DNA from: Rhodoferax sp.
Lineage (GTDB): Bacteria; Pseudomonadota; Gammaproteobacteria; Burkholderiales; Burkholderiaceae_C
Reading direction: 5' to 3'
Assembly (NCBI GenBank): GCA_043759735.1
Contig: JAYUQC010000070.1
Location: forward strand, 10,985 to 74,984
DNA: 64,000 bases
Shown: one piece after another, positions 31,512 to 41,449 of the stretch
Position numbering within the stretch: position 1 is the stretch's first letter
Layout: each line of letters begins with the position of its first letter
The notes under the pieces: model-generated
Database searches by the model: none
What the model was told of the DNA's origin: nothing
What the model saw: the letters and a program-made list of their open reading frames with translations, nothing else
Made by a program: the position numbers and the translations under genes

Positions 31512-32282
31512 ATGACCACACACTGGAACCGTTTTTTCGACGAGATTGCGCGCTGGAGCGACAGTGGCCGGGTAGTCGACTTCTGGTGGCGCGACGACGA
31601 TGCGAGCCGCGGTGACGCGGCGCTGACGCGCCTGGTTGCGTTGGCGCGATCCGCCCAGGTGCCGCTGGCATTGGCGCTGATACCCGAGGGCGTGCAGCCG
31701 CAAGTCCAGGCCATGGGCGGTGGACTGGTGAGCATCCTGCAGCATGGCGTCGACCACCGTAACCGCGCGGCGACTGGCGAGAAGAAGACTGAGTTCCCCG
31801 CGTTGGAGCCGGTGGCCGACGCGATGGCGCGGCTGCGCCGGGGCCGATTGCAGTTGCACGGAGCGGGTGCCGTCGCGGTGCTGGTGCCGCCGTGGAACCG
31901 GGTGAGTTCGGGTAAGTTGCTGGTGCAACTCGCGCTCGCCGGCTATTGCGGACTGAGCCGGTTTGGCGCCCGAGGCCCTGCGTCAATGGTGCCAGGTGTG
32001 GTGCAGGTCAATACCCATGTGGATCTGATCGACTGGCGCGGCACGCGCGGTTTCGTCGGCGATGCGCTCGCGCTGCAATCGGCTATTGCCCACCTGCAGG
32101 CGCGGCGCGAAGGCCGCGCCGACATGGGCGAAGCAACCGGTTGGCTGAGCCACCATCTGGTGCACGATGAGGCTTGCTGGACTTTTCTGGCCCGGTTGTT
32201 CGAGCGCACCGGTGCGCGGCATGGGGTGGTCTGGCGCGGCGCAGATGCGTTGTTTCCAACCCTTCAGGCGCAAGCGCGGTGA
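31512..32282 (+). CDS. Polysaccharide deacetylase (NodB-like) family protein
   Basis: WWRDDD, QHGVDH, VPPWNR, LSHH metal/catalytic-type motifs; no signal peptide. Confidence 0.75.
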   Translation: MTTHWNRFFDEIARWSDSGRVVDFWWRDDDASRGDAALTRLVALARSAQVPLALALIPEGVQPQVQAMGGGLVSILQHGVDHRNRAATGEKKTEFPALEPVADAMARLRRGRLQLHGAGAVAVLVPPWNRVSSGKLLVQLALAGYCGLSRFGARGPASMVPGVVQVNTHVDLIDWRGTRGFVGDALALQSAIAHLQARREGRADMGEATGWLSHHLVHDEACWTFLARLFERTGARHGVVWRGADALFPTLQAQAR

Positions 32283-32468
32283 CTGTTGTTTTCATGACCG
32301 ACCGGGTATTAATACCGGGGCATCGACCGAAATCCATCTTCTATACTCGGCCCGGACTGGCGCGGGTGCGGGCGCCCGAGGGGCTTGACGATACGGCATT
32401 CGGAATCGATCGCTGGTGGTCGCAGGCTCAGGTGGGTCAGGGGCAACGGGTGTCACACACAACTGGAC

Positions 32469-34361
32469 ATGTCTAACGTATTAACTGTCAGGGACCTGAA
32501 GGTCTATCTCGACGTCGACGCCGGCCAGGTGAAGGCGGTCGACGGCGTGTCGTTTCGTATTCCGGCGGGTGGCACCATGGCATTGGTCGGTGAGTCCGGT
32601 TCGGGTAAATCGATCGTGGCGCAGGCCATCATGGGCATATTGCCGCGCGTGGCGCGGATTGTGCAGGGCTCGATCGAATTGCGCGATCCACGCTCGCCCG
32701 AACAGATGATCGACATCGCGCGGCTGGATATGGCCAGCGAGCAGATGCGTGCCATCCGCGGCGGGCGCATTTCCATCATCTTCCAGGAGCCGATGACGGC
32801 GTTGTCGCCGTTGCACACCATCGGCAACCAGATCGGTGAGGCGCTGGCGCTGCACCAGAGCGGCATCGGCAAATCGGAGCGCCATGCTGCCGTGGTGGAG
32901 ATGCTTCGCCTGGTCGGTTTCCCCGATCCGCTGCGGGCCGAAAACACCTATCCGTTCGAGTTGTCTGGCGGTCTGCGCCAACGTGCCATGATTGCCATGG
33001 CGCTGGTGTGCCGGCCGGCGCTGTTGATAGCGGACGAGCCGACCACGGCGCTGGACGTGACGATCCAGGCCCAGATTCTGCAGCTGATCAAGCAGTTGCA
33101 GCGCGACCTGGATATGTCCATGATGATGATCACCCATGACCTGGGAATCGTCGCCAACATGGCCGATGAGGTCGTGGTGCTTTATCATGGCAAGGTGATG
33201 GAGTCCGGTACGCTGCAAGACGTGTTCCAGGACCCGCAACACCCCTACCTGAAAGCGCTGTTGCGCGCCGTGCCGCGGTTCAACATGGAGCCGGGCGAAC
33301 GGCTGACGCCGATCCGCGAGATTCAGGTGACTGCAGGCCATATCGCCAGGCCGCACCAGCATCCGCCGGAGACGGTCAGTACGTTGGCGCCGATGTTGTC
33401 GGTGCGCCACCTGAGCAAGCGCTTCACCAGCCGCAGGACCTCGCTGTTCAGCAACAAGCACGCCGTCGAGACGCTCGCAGTCGACGATGTCAGTTTTGAC
33501 GTTGCGCCCGGCGAATGCCTGGGGCTGGTCGGCGAATCAGGCTGTGGCAAGACCACCACCGCCAGGATGATCCTGCGCGCGGCCATGCCCGACAGCGGCG
33601 AGATCACTTTCAACGACCGTGGCCAGGCGCGCAACGTGCTCAAGCTCGAAGGCGCCGAACTGCTCGAATACCGGCGCCGGGTGGCGTTCGTATTCCAGGA
33701 CCCGTTCGGTTCACTCAATCCACGCATGACGGTGTTCGACATCGTCAGCGAGCCGCTGGTGATCCATGGCATCGGTGACGCAGACGAACGGTTCGAGCGG
33801 GTCAAGGAACTGATCGGTTTGGTGGGACTGGACGTGCGTCATCTGCGGCGCTATCCACACAGCTTCTCAGGTGGCCAGCGTCAGCGGATCGGCATCGCGC
33901 GGGCGCTGGCGTTGAGCCCGGACTTGCTGATCTGCGACGAGCCGGTGTCGGCACTGGACGTATCGGTGCAGGCACAGGTGCTCAATCTGCTGCTGGACCT
34001 GGGTCAGGCCCGCAATCTGACTTTCCTGTTCATCTCGCACAATCTGGCGGTGGTGCATTACATCGCCGACCGTATTGCGGTGATGTGCGCCGGTCGGCTG
34101 GTCGAGATCGCCCGTTTCGACGAGTTGTTCGCGAACCCGCTGCATCCCTACACCCGCGCCTTGCTGGCCGCGGTGCCAGACCCGGATTTGAATCGCAAGC
34201 TCGACTTCAATGCACTGATGGAAGGTAAAGCTTCCATTCCCAGCGCGTGGCCAATGCCGTACCGGCTTGACGGATCACTGCGGGTTGGCATGATCGATGT
34301 TGGCAATCAGCATTTTGTCCGCGCCCATGCGGATGTTGACATCTCGGAGCTCAAGTCATGA
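32469..34361 (+). CDS. ABC importer ATP-binding protein with two fused NBDs (peptide/oligosaccharide family)
   Basis: GESGSGKS and GESGCGKT Walker A; LSGGLRQR and FSGGQRQR; DEPTTALD and DEPVSALD. Confidence 0.95.
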   Translation: MSNVLTVRDLKVYLDVDAGQVKAVDGVSFRIPAGGTMALVGESGSGKSIVAQAIMGILPRVARIVQGSIELRDPRSPEQMIDIARLDMASEQMRAIRGGRISIIFQEPMTALSPLHTIGNQIGEALALHQSGIGKSERHAAVVEMLRLVGFPDPLRAENTYPFELSGGLRQRAMIAMALVCRPALLIADEPTTALDVTIQAQILQLIKQLQRDLDMSMMMITHDLGIVANMADEVVVLYHGKVMESGTLQDVFQDPQHPYLKALLRAVPRFNMEPGERLTPIREIQVTAGHIARPHQHPPETVSTLAPMLSVRHLSKRFTSRRTSLFSNKHAVETLAVDDVSFDVAPGECLGLVGESGCGKTTTARMILRAAMPDSGEITFNDRGQARNVLKLEGAELLEYRRRVAFVFQDPFGSLNPRMTVFDIVSEPLVIHGIGDADERFERVKELIGLVGLDVRHLRRYPHSFSGGQRQRIGIARALALSPDLLICDEPVSALDVSVQAQVLNLLLDLGQARNLTFLFISHNLAVVHYIADRIAVMCAGRLVEIARFDELFANPLHPYTRALLAAVPDPDLNRKLDFNALMEGKASIPSAWPMPYRLDGSLRVGMIDVGNQHFVRAHADVDISELKS

Positions 34362-36307
34362 CCTTTAACTCGCCCAGTGCGCGTGCCGCGCGCCGCTTTT
34401 CCCGGCACTGTCTGGCCCTGACGCTTTTGGCATTGACGGCATTGACGGCATCGATGGGCCAGGCTGCACCGGTCAATCTGGTGGAGACGCCCATGCTGCG
34501 CGACGACGTGGCGGCCAAGAAACTTCCGCCGGTCAAGAATCGACTGCCGGACGAGCCGCTGGTGATCGCGATGGACGGAAAGACGCTCGAAGCCGGACAG
34601 CACGGCGGCACCTTGAACATGCTGATCGGGCGCGCCCGCGACGTGCGGATGATGGTCGTGTATGGCTATGCGCGACTGGTCGGTTATGACCGCAACCTGG
34701 CCCTGGTGCCGGACATCCTGCAAAACATCGACGCGAAGGACGATCGGATATTCACCATGAAGCTGCGTGCGGGCCACAGGTGGTCCGATGGGCAGCCCTT
34801 CACCAGCGAGGACTTCCGTTACTACTGGGAGGACGTCGCCAACAACAATGACCTGAGTCCAACCGGGCCACCGGCCGCGCTGCTGGTCGAAGGCCAGCCG
34901 CCCAAGGTCGAATACCTCGACAAGACGACGGTGCGTTACACCTGGGTCAAGCCCAACCCGGATTTCCTGCCGCTGATGGCCGGTGCCTCACCGCTGCTGA
35001 TTTACCGTCCGGCGCACTATCTCAAGCAGTTTCACAAGAAGTATTCACCCAAGGTGGTGGAGGCGGAAAAGGCCGAACCGGGCAAACGCAGCTGGGCCGC
35101 GATTCACAACCGCGAAGACAACATGTACCAGTTCGACAACCCGAAGCTGCCGACCCTGCAGCCCTGGATCAACACTTCCAAGCCACCCACTGATCGCTTT
35201 GTGTCGGTGCGCAATCCGTTCTTCCATCGGGTGGACGACGCGGGACGCCAACTGCCCTATATCGATCGGGTGGTCATGCCAGTGGTCGATGGCAAGCTGA
35301 TTCCGGCCAAGGCGGGCGCGGGCGAATCCGATTTGCAGGCCCGCGACATCCAGTTCAGCAATTACACTTTTCTCAAGAAAGCAGAGAAGACCAACAATTT
35401 CAAGACGCATCTGTGGCGCACGGCCAAGGGCTCGCATGTTGCCCTTTATCCCAACCTGAATGTGGCCGATCCGGTCTGGCGTCAGCTGTTTCGTGACGTG
35501 CGTTTTCGCCGCGCCATTTCAATGGCCATCGACCGCGCGCAGATCAACCAGGTGCTGTATTTTGGACTGGCTACTGAAAGCAACAACACGGTGGTGCCGG
35601 AGAGCCCCTTGTTCAAGAAGGAATACCAGACCCAATGGGCCAAGTACGACCGCAAGGCCGCCGACAAGCTGCTGGACGAAATTGGTCTCAAGCGCGGAGC
35701 CGACGGCATCCGTCGCTTGTCCGACGGCCGGCCGCTGGAGATCATTGTCGAGACGGCTGGCGAAAGCACCGAGCAGACGGACGTGCTGGAGCTGATCCGC
35801 GAGAACTGGCGCGATGCCGGCATCAAGCTGTTCAGCAAGCCGTCGCAGCGGGACCTGTTGCGCAACCGGGTTTTTTCAGGCGAAGCGATGATGTCTGTCT
35901 GGCAGGGACTGGACAATGGCATACCCAACGCGGGCACCGCCCCAGACGAACTGGCACCCAGGGACCAGGCCCAGTTGCAATGGCCCAAGTTCGGGCAATT
36001 TTTCGAGACTGCCGGAAAGTCCGGCGAGACGCCCGATTTTCCGGAGGCGATCGAGCTGATGAAGCTGTGGAACGCATGGCGCAGCGCCAGCCATGACGAA
36101 CGGGCCAAGATCTGGCACCGGATGCTGGCCATACATGCCGACCAGCAGTTCTCGATTGGCGTCCTCAACAATGTGATGCAGCCGGTGGTGGTCAACAACA
36201 TGCTCAAGAACGTGCCGGAGAAGGGTTTGTACAACTGGGATCCGGGCGCGCTGATGGGCATCTACCGGCCCGATACCTTCTGGTTCATGGACGCTCGTCG
36301 GAACTGA
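34358..36307 (+). CDS. ABC transporter substrate-binding protein, family 5
   Basis: Signal peptide; [14 protein letters not shown]; GGTL; [17 protein letters not shown]; [17 protein letters not shown]. Confidence 0.92.
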   Translation: MTFNSPSARAARRFSRHCLALTLLALTALTASMGQAAPVNLVETPMLRDDVAAKKLPPVKNRLPDEPLVIAMDGKTLEAGQHGGTLNMLIGRARDVRMMVVYGYARLVGYDRNLALVPDILQNIDAKDDRIFTMKLRAGHRWSDGQPFTSEDFRYYWEDVANNNDLSPTGPPAALLVEGQPPKVEYLDKTTVRYTWVKPNPDFLPLMAGASPLLIYRPAHYLKQFHKKYSPKVVEAEKAEPGKRSWAAIHNREDNMYQFDNPKLPTLQPWINTSKPPTDRFVSVRNPFFHRVDDAGRQLPYIDRVVMPVVDGKLIPAKAGAGESDLQARDIQFSNYTFLKKAEKTNNFKTHLWRTAKGSHVALYPNLNVADPVWRQLFRDVRFRRAISMAIDRAQINQVLYFGLATESNNTVVPESPLFKKEYQTQWAKYDRKAADKLLDEIGLKRGADGIRRLSDGRPLEIIVETAGESTEQTDVLELIRENWRDAGIKLFSKPSQRDLLRNRVFSGEAMMSVWQGLDNGIPNAGTAPDELAPRDQAQLQWPKFGQFFETAGKSGETPDFPEAIELMKLWNAWRSASHDERAKIWHRMLAIHADQQFSIGVLNNVMQPVVVNNMLKNVPEKGLYNWDPGALMGIYRPDTFWFMDARRN

Positions 36308-36311
36308 CACT

Positions 36312-37337
36312 GTGCTGGGCTACACGCTGCGGCGATTGCTGCTGATGATCCCGACCTTGCTGGTCATCAGCTTTGTCACGTTTGTCATTATCCAGTTGCC
36401 GCCCGGCGACTATCTGACCAACCAGATCGCAGAGTTGCGCAGCCAGGGTGATGCGGCGGCACTGGAGAAGGTGCAGTTCCTGCGCCAGCAGTTCGGTCTG
36501 GACAAGCCTTTCCTGGAGCAATACGCGGCCTGGGTCGGCATCTGGCCGGGCGAACGGGGCTTCTCAGGCCTGTTGCAAGGCGACTGGGGCTGGTCGTTCG
36601 AATACAACCTGCCGGTTGTCGATGTGGTCGGGGATCGGTTGTTGTTGTCGTTCGTGCTCAATTTCACCGTCATCCTGTTTACCTGGGCGGTGTCGTTCCC
36701 GATTGGTTTTTATGCCGCAACACACCAGTACAGCTGGGGTGACCATGGCCTGTCGTTCATCGGTTACCTCGGACTGGCGACGCCAAATTTTCTGCTCGCG
36801 CTGGTGCTGATGTATTTCGCCAATGTGCAGTTCGGTCTGTCCATCGGCGGCATGATGGACCCGGAGTACCTGGAGCAGCCGATGAGTTGGCCCAAGTTCA
36901 TGTCGGTGCTGTCGCATCTGTGGATACCGGTCATCGTCATTGGCACCTCCGGCACGGCTGGCATGATCCGGCGGCTGCGGGCCAATTTGCTCGACGAACT
37001 GCAAAAGCAGTACGTGGTAACCGCCCGTGCCAAGGGCATGCCGCAGACGCGACTGCTGATCAAGTACCCGCTGCGCATGGCTCTGAACCCGTTCATTGCC
37101 GACATCGGCAATCTGCTGCCTGCGGTGATATCGGGTTCGGCCATTGTCTCGGTGGTGTTGTCCCTGCAGACCGAGGGGCCGATGCTGCTCGATGCCTTGC
37201 AAAGCCAGGACCAATACCTGGCGGGGTCCTTCCTGATGTTCCTGGCCCTGCTGACCGTAGTAGGGGTTTTTGTTTCGGATCTGCTGCTTGCGGCACTTGA
37301 TCCGCGCATTCGTCTGACCGGTGGGGCGGTCCAATGA
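36312..37337 (+). CDS. ABC transporter permease (DppB/OppB-like)
   Basis: QLPPGD, YVVTARAKG (EAA loop), SDLLLAALDPRIR. Confidence 0.95.
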   Translation: MLGYTLRRLLLMIPTLLVISFVTFVIIQLPPGDYLTNQIAELRSQGDAAALEKVQFLRQQFGLDKPFLEQYAAWVGIWPGERGFSGLLQGDWGWSFEYNLPVVDVVGDRLLLSFVLNFTVILFTWAVSFPIGFYAATHQYSWGDHGLSFIGYLGLATPNFLLALVLMYFANVQFGLSIGGMMDPEYLEQPMSWPKFMSVLSHLWIPVIVIGTSGTAGMIRRLRANLLDELQKQYVVTARAKGMPQTRLLIKYPLRMALNPFIADIGNLLPAVISGSAIVSVVLSLQTEGPMLLDALQSQDQYLAGSFLMFLALLTVVGVFVSDLLLAALDPRIRLTGGAVQ

Positions 37338-37527
37338 GCCGCCGGGCCGTTCCCAAGGCGAATCCCGCAGTGCGCAGCACGGAGGGTAGTCCAATGAGCC
37401 GCCGGGCCGTTCCCAAGGCGCATGGCACCGCAGCGCGTCGCGCGAAGGTTGTTACCTCATGAGCCTGTTGAAAAATCTAGCATTCATGCGGCCATTGACG
37501 CCGCGCCGCCGGGGGGGCGGGTCATGA
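37329..37527 (+). repeat. Tandem hairpin repeat (60 + 65 bp units) plus a 65-bp linker; reads as mini-ORFs at 37334-37462 and 37459-37527
   Basis: GTCCAATGAGCCGCCGGGCCGTTCCCAAGGCG at 37329 and 37389; ATGA at 37334, 37394, 37459 and 37524; same core as the 29.6 kb repeat. Confidence 0.92.
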
Positions 37528-38696
37528 CGGCGGCGCAGACGGATACCGGACCGCTGGAGCACTATGTTTCGACCGCACCTTTCGAGCCGGAGGCGGCCGA
37601 GGCGCTGACGCCGGAGCAGGAGGAGTTCTACCGCGCATCCCAGTGGCGCATCATGTGGTGGAAGTTTCGCCGGCACCGCATTGCCGTCGTCGCGCTGGTC
37701 ATCCTGGTCCTGTTGTATGGCTCGGCACTGATCACCGAGTTCCTCGCGCCCTACGAGGTCAGCACCCGCGACTCGGCCAATATCTTCGCACCGCCACAAT
37801 CCGTGCACCTGTTCCACGAGGGACAGTTCGTCGGACCCTTCGTCTATGGCTACAGCATGAAGCTCAACCTGGAGAAGATGAAGCGCGAGTTCACTGCAGA
37901 CACCGACAAGGTTGAGCGCCTGCGGTTTTTCTGCCGCGGTGACGAGTATCGGTTCTGGGGCATGTTCGATGCTGACCTGCATTTGGTGTGCCCGGCCAAG
38001 GACGGCACGTTCTTCCTGATGGGCACCGACCGGCTGGGTCGCGACATGTTTTCGCGCATCATCTACGGCACGCGCATTTCCCTGACCGTCGGCTTGCTGG
38101 GCATTGCGGTGAGTTTTCTGATCGGCATCACGCTGGGTGGTATCTCCGGCTATTACGGAGGCTGGATCGATAACGTCATCCAGCGCCTGATCGAGATGGT
38201 TCGCTCCTTCCCCGAGCTGCCGCTGTGGATGGCATTGTCGGCGGCGCTCCCGGTCACCTGGAGCCCGATCCTGATCTATTTCGGCATCACCATCATCCTG
38301 GGCATGCTCGACTGGCCTGGTTTGGCGCGCGCCGTGCGCTCCAAGTTCCTGGCTTTGCGTGAGGAGGATTTTGCGACAGCTGCGGTATTGATGGGGGCAT
38401 CGCCAGGACGGGTGATCGGGCGCCACCTGTTGCCTAGTTTCACCAGCCACTTGATCGCCTCTTTGACGCTGTCAGTCCCGAGCATGATCCTGGGCGAGAC
38501 GGCCTTGTCGTTTTTGGGCCTGGGGCTGCGCCCTCCCATCACGAGTTGGGGTGTACTGCTCAACGAGGCGCAAAATATCAATGTCGTGGCGCTGTACCCG
38601 TGGTTGATGTTGCCGGTGCTGCCGGTGCTGGTCGTGGTGCTGGCGTTCAACTTCCTGGGTGATGGCATGCGCGACGCCGCCGACCCCTACAACTAG
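37524..38696 (+). CDS. ABC transporter permease (DppC/OppC-like)
   Basis: MGTDRLGRDMFSRIIYGTRISL, LREEDF, ETALSFLGLG, FNFLGDGMRDAADP; start at MTAAQ. Confidence 0.95.
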   Translation: MTAAQTDTGPLEHYVSTAPFEPEAAEALTPEQEEFYRASQWRIMWWKFRRHRIAVVALVILVLLYGSALITEFLAPYEVSTRDSANIFAPPQSVHLFHEGQFVGPFVYGYSMKLNLEKMKREFTADTDKVERLRFFCRGDEYRFWGMFDADLHLVCPAKDGTFFLMGTDRLGRDMFSRIIYGTRISLTVGLLGIAVSFLIGITLGGISGYYGGWIDNVIQRLIEMVRSFPELPLWMALSAALPVTWSPILIYFGITIILGMLDWPGLARAVRSKFLALREEDFATAAVLMGASPGRVIGRHLLPSFTSHLIASLTLSVPSMILGETALSFLGLGLRPPITSWGVLLNEAQNINVVALYPWLMLPVLPVLVVVLAFNFLGDGMRDAADPYN

Positions 38697-38706
38697 CCTG
38701 CGCGCG

Positions 38707-41439
38707 ATGGAACGCAGCCTGTTCGGTTTCATACTCAAGTACAGCAAACGCGAGCAGCTGCTGATCGTCCCGCTGGTGGTTCTGTCGATGGTGTTTTATT
38801 ACGCGTCGCTAGACCTACCCAAGACGATCATCAACCAGCCGATCCAGGGAAAAGGATTTGCGAACCCGGGCGCCACGGCGGATTTCCTGCGCCTGCATTT
38901 CACATTGCCCGAATTCCTGGGTGGCGCCAAGATCGCGCTATTCGACGGTTTTGCGTTGGAGCGCACCGATTACCTGATTGCGCTCACGGTCACGTTTCTG
39001 GCCCTGATCATCATCAGCGGACTCATCAAGTTGCGCATCAACACGATGAAGGGCTGGATGGGCGAACGCATGTTGCGCCGCCTGCGCTACTATCTGTTCG
39101 ACCACATCCTGCGCTTTCCGTTGCCCACGTTCCGGCGCGTGAAGTCCGCCGAAATGGCGACCATGATCAAGGACGAGGTCGACCCGCTGGGGGGGTTTGT
39201 CGGCGAGGCGATCATCACGCCCCTGTACCTGGGTGGTCAGGCGCTGACCGCCCTGTTCTTCATCCTGTTCCAGCATGTTTATCTGGGTCTGGTCGCGTTC
39301 GGCATGGTGGTGGTTCAGGCGGTGGTGATTCCCAGGCTGCGAATGCGACTGCTGCAGCTGTCACGCGAGCGCCAGATCGCGGCGCGCCAACTGGCCGGGC
39401 GCGTCGCGGAGTGCGTGGACGGCGTGATCGAGATTCACGCGCATGACACAGCGAACTATGAGCGAGCCGAGTTCTCGGCCAGGCTGGGCCGGTTGTTCCT
39501 GATCCGCTTCGAGCATTTCCAGCGCAAGTTCTTCATCAAGTTCCTAAACAACCTGCTGTCCCAGATAACGCCATTCCTGTTTTACCTGGTTGGCGGCTAT
39601 CTGGCGATCGTCGGACGGCTGGATATTGGAGCGCTGGTGGCGGTGATCGCGGCTTACAAGGACCTGCCCGGGCCGGTCAAGGAACTCATTGATTGGGACC
39701 AGGAGCGCATGGATGCCGGCATCAAGTACAGCCAGGTCATCGAGCAATTTTCGGTCGACAACCTCACACCGGTAGGACAGCTGGCGCTGATCGACACGCC
39801 GGAACTTCCGCGCGACGGATTGTTGAGGGCCAGCAATCTTTCCCTGCTCGATGAGTCTGGCGCCAAAATTGTCGACGGTGTGTCGTTCGAGACCGAACTG
39901 GACAAGCATATTGCCGTCGTCGGACCGGGCGCGTCTGGCGGCGGTGAGCTGGCGCAGTTGATGGCGCGTCTGGTGCTGCCCAGCAGTGGCGGTATCGAAA
40001 TGGGTGGCGTGGACCTGACGCGCGCGCCCGAGGCGGTGACGGGACGCGCGACCGGGTACGTCGGTCCGGTTGCCTATCTGTTCCCGACCAGTGTGCGCGA
40101 GAACCTGCTCTACGGACTCAAGCACAGACCGATGGGGCCGGCCGCCTATGACGGTGAAGCCCAACGCAAGTTCGACCGCCGCATGCGCGAGGCGACGCTG
40201 GCTGGCAACTGCACGCTGGACATCGACGCGCCGTGGCTCGACTATGGCGCGGCAGGTGTCTCGGATTCGGCCGGTATGGAGTCGCGGCTGCTGGAAATTC
40301 TGAAGGTAGTGGACCTGGAAGAGGCCTTGTTCGAGATCGGGCTCAAGAGCGCTGTCGGCCTGGCAGGCGGTCCGGACCTCGAGAAAAGCATCCTGCGGGC
40401 GCGTGACAGCATGCGCGAGCGACTGAATCAGCCGGATCTGATGGAATTGGTGGAGCAGTTCGACGAGTTGCGCTACAACCGCAATGCCACCATGGCCGAG
40501 AACCTGTTGTTTGGTACGCCGGTTGGCAGGGTTTTCAATTCGGACAACCTGGCCATGCACCCGTATGTGCGCCAGGTGCTCGACGAGACGGGCCTGTCAG
40601 AGAGTTTGCTGGGAGTCGGGCACAAGCTGGCTGAAACCATGCTGGAGTTGTTCAGCGACTTGCCGCCCGGCCACGAGCTTTTTGAACGTTTCAGTTTCAT
40701 TGCCTATGACGACCTGCCGCGGGTGAAGGACATCCTGGCGCGGGTCACCTCGGCCGGCCTGGCGCGTATCGCCGACGACGATCGCAATCTGCTGCTGGGC
40801 CTACCGTTCAAGATGATCGTTGCCAAGCACCGTCTGGGCCTGATTGACGAGGCGCTGGAGCGCCGGATTTTGCAGGCGCGGCGGCATTTTTCGGCCAATC
40901 TGCCGGTCCAATTGCACGGCGCGATCGAGTTTTTCGAGCCTCAGCGGTACAACAGCGCGGCATCGCTGCAGGACAACATCCTGTTCGGCAAGATTGCCAG
41001 CGGGCTTGCCGGTGGCAGCGAACGGATCGGCGCAGTATTGCGCGAAATATTGGACGAACTTGCCTTGCGTCCGATGGTTCTGACGATCGGCCTTGACTAC
41101 CAGGTGGGAACCGGTGGCAGTCGTTTGGCGACGTCCGAGCGCCAGAAAGTGGCGCTGGCGCGTGCCATGATCAAGCAGCCGACTCTTTTGATCCTGGATC
41201 AAGCCACCGCGGTGATGGATCCAACGGCGCAAGATAGGCTTCTCGAAAGCGTGCTACAAAGCCGCAAAGGGCGTGCCGTGCTGTGGATTCTGAACCGTGC
41301 GGATCAGGCCGTGAAATTCGATCAGGTGCTGGTAATGGACCGTGGCCGGCTGATCGAGTTCGGTGGCTATGACGAGTTGGTGGGACGCAGTGGCGGCGCG
41401 CTGCACAAAATGGTAAACACCGGCAAGGTGCCGGCCTAG
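38707..41439 (+). CDS. ABC-exporter-like TMD-NBD fusion (910 aa) with degenerate ATPase motifs and internally repeated helical subdomain
   Basis: Exporter-type TMD followed by an NBD with GPGASGGG (Walker A), LATSERQK (signature), LLILDQAT (Walker B) and WILNR (H-switch). Confidence 0.85.
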   Translation: MERSLFGFILKYSKREQLLIVPLVVLSMVFYYASLDLPKTIINQPIQGKGFANPGATADFLRLHFTLPEFLGGAKIALFDGFALERTDYLIALTVTFLALIIISGLIKLRINTMKGWMGERMLRRLRYYLFDHILRFPLPTFRRVKSAEMATMIKDEVDPLGGFVGEAIITPLYLGGQALTALFFILFQHVYLGLVAFGMVVVQAVVIPRLRMRLLQLSRERQIAARQLAGRVAECVDGVIEIHAHDTANYERAEFSARLGRLFLIRFEHFQRKFFIKFLNNLLSQITPFLFYLVGGYLAIVGRLDIGALVAVIAAYKDLPGPVKELIDWDQERMDAGIKYSQVIEQFSVDNLTPVGQLALIDTPELPRDGLLRASNLSLLDESGAKIVDGVSFETELDKHIAVVGPGASGGGELAQLMARLVLPSSGGIEMGGVDLTRAPEAVTGRATGYVGPVAYLFPTSVRENLLYGLKHRPMGPAAYDGEAQRKFDRRMREATLAGNCTLDIDAPWLDYGAAGVSDSAGMESRLLEILKVVDLEEALFEIGLKSAVGLAGGPDLEKSILRARDSMRERLNQPDLMELVEQFDELRYNRNATMAENLLFGTPVGRVFNSDNLAMHPYVRQVLDETGLSESLLGVGHKLAETMLELFSDLPPGHELFERFSFIAYDDLPRVKDILARVTSAGLARIADDDRNLLLGLPFKMIVAKHRLGLIDEALERRILQARRHFSANLPVQLHGAIEFFEPQRYNSAASLQDNILFGKIASGLAGGSERIGAVLREILDELALRPMVLTIGLDYQVGTGGSRLATSERQKVALARAMIKQPTLLILDQATAVMDPTAQDRLLESVLQSRKGRAVLWILNRADQAVKFDQVLVMDRGRLIEFGGYDELVGRSGGALHKMVNTGKVPA

Positions 41440-41449
41440 GAGAAATTGC

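Noticed and set aside
32442-32457. CRP site upstream of the ABC ATPase
   Set aside because: Only the TCACA half-site matches; the other half (GGCAA) is too poor to support a call
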